DNA of 24,686 nt from positions 1 to 24,686 of the forward strand of contig NW_021836758.1 of the NCBI RefSeq assembly GCF_006345805.1. The letters run 5' to 3'. A program made the position numbers and the translations under genes. The notes under the pieces were generated by a model. That model saw only the letters and a list, made by a program, of their open reading frames with translations. It searched no databases and was not told the origin of the DNA. Shown here piece by piece: positions 20,500 to 24,686 of the stretch. Every line of letters starts with the position of its first letter. Position 1 is the stretch's first letter. This DNA comes from Octopus sinensis (Eukaryota).

Positions 20500-20660
20500 G
20501 GTATTGTAATGGTCTTAAGCTGCCACGTTTTTCTAAATTTCATTCATCAGATGTTTATATGAGCTAGTGGAACTCTTTCCAGGAGAAGCTACAATCGCAT
20601 GGTATGCTTGTGTCAATTAAAGGGCAGTTTTCTCTTTTTATAGCTCTTCTAATTCGTTAC

Positions 20661-21070
20661 CATGCAGGGCGAGATGCTTACCAGCATTTCGTCAGTCTTT
20701 ACCTTCTGAATGCAAATTCTGCTGGGGACAACTTTGCCTTTCATCCTTTCAGGTTCTGATAAGGTAAGTACCAGTTGAGTACTGGGGTTGATGTAATTAA
20801 CTAGCCCCATCATCATCATCATCATCGTTTAATGTCCGTTTTCCGCGCTAGTACGGGTTGGACGGTTCGACCGGAGTCTGGGAAGCCAGGGCTGCACCAG
20901 GCTCCAGTCTGATCTGGCAGTGTTTCTACAGCTGGATGCCCTTCTTAACGCCAACCACTCCGCGAGTGTAGTGGGTGCTTTTTACGTGCCACTTGCACTG
21001 GTGCCAGAGTGGGGTCCTAAAAAAAAATTTCAGGTCTTGTACTTATAGTAGAAACAACAACAACCACCAC
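20661..21070 (+). mobile_element. SINE family A2 interrupted by a family C insertion
   Basis: The A2 body runs to ~20807 (GATGTAATTAACTAGCCC) and resumes at ~21016 (AAATTTCAGGTCTTGTACTTATAGTAGAAA). Confidence 0.75.
20808..21008 (-). mobile_element. RTE 3'-end element (family C) nested in an A2 SINE
   Basis: (CAT)nCGTTTAATGTCCGTTTTCC...GGATGCCCTTCTTAACGCCAACCACTCC...GGTGCTTTTTACGTGCCAC. Confidence 0.9.
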
Positions 21071-21098
21071 CACCACCACCACCACCATCATCAATTAT

Positions 21099-21208
21099 TA
21101 AGGTGGTGAGTTGAAAGAATTGTTAGCATGCTGGACAAAATGCTTAGCCGTATTTCATTTGTCTTCACGTTCTGAGTTCAAATTCAGCCAAAGTTGACTT
21201 TGCCTTAC
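21099..21208 (+). mobile_element. SINE family A 5' fragment
   Basis: AGGTGGTGAGTTGAAAGAATTGTTAGC...GTTCTGAGTTCAAATTCAGCC...GACTTTGCCTT. Confidence 0.75.
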
Positions 21209-21296
21209 TGGTGCACATCTTAAGGAAAGTATCATCTGTCTGAGGTCCTTGTGACTTGACAGATGACTAAAGATTCCGGTGCATTATTACCTACAC

Positions 21297-21674
21297 TCTT
21301 TTACCTGTTTCAGTCATTTGACTGCGGCCATGCTGGAGCACCGCCTTTTATCGAGCAACTCAACCCTGGAACTTATTCTTTTGTAAGCCCAGTACTTATT
21401 CCATCGGTCTCTTTTGCCGAACCGCTAAGTAACGGGGACATAAACACACCAGCATCGGTTGTCAACCAATGCTAGGGGGACAAACACAGACACACAAACA
21501 CACACACATATATATATATACATATATACGACGAGCTTCTTTCAGTTTCCGTCTACCAAATCCACTCACAAGGCTTTGGTCGGCCCGAGGCTATAGTAGA
21601 AGACACTTGCCCAAGGTGCCACGCAGTGGGACTGAACCCGGAACTATGTGGTTGGTAGACAGGCTACTTACCCA
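21297..21674 (-). mobile_element. SINE family B, near full length
   Basis: Reverse complement runs from TGGGTAAGTAGCC...GGGTTCAGTCCCACTGCGTGGCACCTTGGGCAAG to the GTCAAATGACTGAAACAGGTAAAA tail. Confidence 0.92.
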
Positions 21675-21680
21675 CGAAGG

Positions 21681-21848
21681 AATAATAATAATAATAATAA
21701 TAATAATCCTTTCAACTATAGGAACAAGGCCTGAAATTTGGGTGAGTGGGATAGACGATTACATTGACTCCAGTGCATAACTGGTATTTATTTCATTGAC
21801 CCCCGAAAAAGATGAAAGGCAAAGTCAACCTTGGCTGAATTTGAACTC
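21681..21848 (-). mobile_element. SINE family A2, 5'-truncated, (AAT)n tail on the plus strand
   Basis: (AAT)nCCTTTCAACTATAGGAACAAGGCCTGAAATTT...GAAAGGCAAAGTCAACCTTGGCTGAATTTGAACTCA. Confidence 0.82.
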
Positions 21849-22029
21849 ACATACATGCACAATTACATACATGCACATAAATGATCACGGTATCTGGAAC
21901 AATTAAAATCTGCAAGACTTTCTCAAGATTTAGAGGAAGATGGTTGAAACAAGATGCTTTCCTTCACAACTTTGCTATTAAGTTGGTGGCAGGTTAGAAT
22001 GCATTCTTCATTAAAAAGAATATGAGAAC

Positions 22030-22545
22030 ATACATACACGCATACAGACACACAGGCATATACACAAATTTCACACATCCATATGCACATACACACACAC
22101 ATACATACTTGCACATATACATACATTTACATACATGCAGATACATGCATACATACATCCACATATTCATATGTACATACATACATGCATGCATGCATAC
22201 ACACATATATACATACATATGTACATACATACATGCACGTATACATATGTACATACATGCATGCATACACACATGTATACATACATATGTACATACATAC
22301 ATCCACATATTCATATGTACATACATACATGCATGCATACACACATATATATATACATATGTACATACATACATGCACGTATACATTCATATGTACATAT
22401 GTACATACATACATGTATACATTCATACATACATATGTACTTACATACATGCATACATATGTACATATATACATGCAAACAATCATACATACACACATAC
22501 TCTTAAGCACATGCAGACACAGAAAGTGTCCAAGAATGAGAGAAG

Positions 22546-22600
<55 letters not shown>
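22030..22600. repeat. (CATA)/(CA)/(TA) compound microsatellite with ~144-bp higher-order repeat, then (GA)n
   Basis: CATCCACATATTCATATGTACATACATACATGCATGCA occurs at ~22156 and ~22300. Confidence 0.92.
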
Positions 22601-23033
22601 AGAGGAGTAGGGGAAAATGCTATGTGATTTGTAAATTTGAAATTTTTCTAATTAGGAAGTTACAAAAAAAAATTAACAGAAAAATTTTTAAAAACCCAAA
22701 AAGCAATATATATATAGAATAATGTTGAAGGAATTACCTGGAGGGGTTAGATTATGTACAACAGCAACACCGTTATTGGTAGAATGTTCTGGGAAAATGG
22801 TTCATGATGTAATGCTAACAACACAGAAATAGGTGAAGATGGTGGAGATGGCGGGAAAGATATGTTTTGTTGAAGAGAGGAATTAAAACTGAGATGGATT
22901 TATTTTTGGTGTTAATAAAATTGTTGTGTAAAGCATAAAATATATGTTTGTGATTTGTGCCATTGATTGAAGAATTACTATTTTGGTATCTTAGAACTAA
23001 CTGGATAAATAACAAGGAATCATATTCCTGTAC

Positions 23034-23700
23034 CAGTGGTTCTCAACCATTTTTTTTTTCTTATCTAGGGGCCCTTTTGACTACTATTTCATTCTGGTGG
23101 ACCCACCCCCTAGTCATTAGATGTTTAAAATTTTGTTTTATAGAAACTTTTTTCAAAATTCTTATTTTGCTCTCCACTCATTCACTTTTGTGGGTTTGCA
23201 ATGGAACTCTCTGAGAGGACATGCTTCAGTGACCAGAAACATGTCAAACAATGTAAAGAATCAGAGAAAGAAACCTGGCTCTTTCTTGCAATAAATACAT
23301 CCAAAACAGTGGTTCTCAACAATTTTTTACCTAAGGACCCTTTCATTACTATTTTATTCTGGTGGACACCATTAGATGTTTAAAATTTTGTTTTATAGAA
23401 ACTTTTTTCAAAATTCCTATTTTGCTCTCCACTCATTCACTTTTGTGGGTTTGCAATGGAACTCTCTGAGAGGACATGCTTCAGTGACCAGAAACATGTC
23501 AAAGAATTAGAGAAAGAAACCTGGCTCTTTCTTGCAATAAATACATCCAAAACAGTGGTTCTCAACAATTTTTTACCTAAGGATCCTTTCATTACTATTT
23601 TATCCTGGTGGACATAACCCTAGCCTTTTGACGTTTAGAAACTAGTTTTCTGGAAACATCTCTCAAGACTCCTATTTTGCTTATCCCTTATTCCTTTGTG
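23034..23700 (+). mobile_element. Locally tandem-duplicated segment containing hAT-like terminus motifs
   Basis: CAGTGGTTCTCAAC at 23034, 23307 and 23553. The ~250-bp segments 23117-23370 and 23371-23612 are nearly identical. The motif resembles termini of hAT/Charlie-type non-autonomous elements, but no opposite terminus was found. Confidence 0.6.
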
Positions 23701-23719
23701 TTAGTTAGACTATATAAAA

Positions 23720-23912
23720 GGCGGTGAGCTGGCAGAAACGTTAGCACGCCGGGCGAAATGCGTAGCCATATTTCGTCTGCTGTTACGTTCTGAGTTCAAA
23801 TTCCGCCGAGGTCGACTTTGCCTTTCATCCTTTCGGGGTCGATTAAATAATCTGTTTGTCTGTCCTTGTTTGTCCCCTCTGTGTTTGGCCCCTTGTGGGC
23901 AGTAAAGAAATA
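23720..23912 (+). mobile_element. SINE family A1 with internal deletion, 9-bp target-site duplication
   Basis: TATATAAAA at 23711-23719 and 23913-23921. It lacks the GTACCAGTT...GACTTAA segment present in other copies. Confidence 0.88.
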
Positions 23913-24130
23913 TATATAAAACGGCAGAGCAGTGATTCCTAACCTTGTAGACTTGTAGCCCCAACTGTTCTGGGGTGTTAGTGGTGAGTGGAGGTACCAT
24001 GAATAAACAAACTTGACATGGAGGATTATTTATGAATTTTACTCTAAAAATGGACTGTATAAACTTTTTAACATTGAAATGATAAAAACATTATGACATG
24101 TTGTCAATTTACACAGCAATGGTTGTATAG

Positions 24131-24686
24131 GGGCAGGCGTGGCTGTGTGGTAAGAAGCTTACTAATAAAGGCGGCGAGCTGGCAGAAACGTTAGGGCTCC
24201 GGACAAAATTCTCAGCGGTATTTCTTCTGTCGATACGTTCTGAGTTCAAATTCCACCGAGGTTGACTTTTCCTTTCATCCTTTCGGGGTCGATAAATTAA
24301 GTACCAGTTCCACACTGGGGTCAATGTAATCGACTTAATACCTATGTCTGTCCTTGTTTGTCCCCTCTATGTGGGTAATAGAGAAATAGGTATTTCGTCT
24401 GTCGATACGTTCTGAGTTCAAATTCCGCCAAGGTCAACTTTGCCTTTCATCCTTTCGGGGTCGATTAAATAAGTACCAGTTACGCACTGGGATCGATATA
24501 ATCGATTTAATCTGTTTGTCTGTCCTTGTTTGTTCCCTGTGTGTAGCCCCTTGTGGGCAGTAAAGAAATAAGAAGCTTACTTCCCAACCACATGGTTCTG
24601 GGTTCAGTCCCACTGCGTGGCACCTTGGGCAAGTTTCTTCCACTGTAGCCTCGGGACAACGAAAGCCTTGTGAGGGTATTTGGTAG
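24131..24686 (+). mobile_element. SINE family B split by a nested A1 dimer; runs off the window end
   Basis: B head GCAGGCGTGGCTGTGTGGTAAGAAGCTTACT is interrupted and resumes at 24569 with TAAGAAGCTTACTTCCCAACCACATGG. Confidence 0.92.
24164..24568 (+). mobile_element. SINE family A1, head-body-body dimer with 13-bp target-site duplication
   Basis: TAAGAAGCTTACT at 24151-24163 and 24569-24581. The second body starts at GTATTTCGTCTG (~24389) directly after the first tail. Confidence 0.92.

Noticed and set aside
20244-20570. Hydrophobic frame after a strong acceptor (YSCALVITGIVMVLSCH...)
   Set aside because: The frame only continues if the A1 SINE at 20283-20499 is removed, and nothing else supports coding.
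22738-22788. Possible 51-nt minus-strand exon (EHSTNNGVAVVHNLTPP, CAG|GTAATT donor)
   Set aside because: It is short, has no recognisable homology, and such signals are expected by chance in AT-rich DNA.

Overview
Eukaryotic, AT-rich, repeat-dominated DNA with no identifiable intact gene. The SINE, LINE and microsatellite content resembles coleoid cephalopod (Octopus-like) genomes; this is recognition, not a database result. The window holds decayed RTE-clade LINEs (3472-5318 minus, 13619-14800 plus, plus many 3'-end fragments with (GAT)n tails), one CR1-group LINE 3' end (8546-9310), and about 18 copies or fragments of tRNA-headed SINEs, which I label A1, A2 and B. Large (TA)/(CA)/(AAT)/(GAY) microsatellite fields explain almost all ORFs in the supplied track. 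The most unusual features are fold-back structures: a threefold-amplified ~190-bp nested hairpin centred on TTAA (10111-10694), three long AT-rich palindromes beside (TA)n tracts (2947-3154, 3288-3466, 5378-5603), a MITE-like element (16909-17220) and close inverted retroposon pairs (1282-2170, 18411-19661). A few non-repetitive islands carry splice-like signals, but no host gene can be confirmed.
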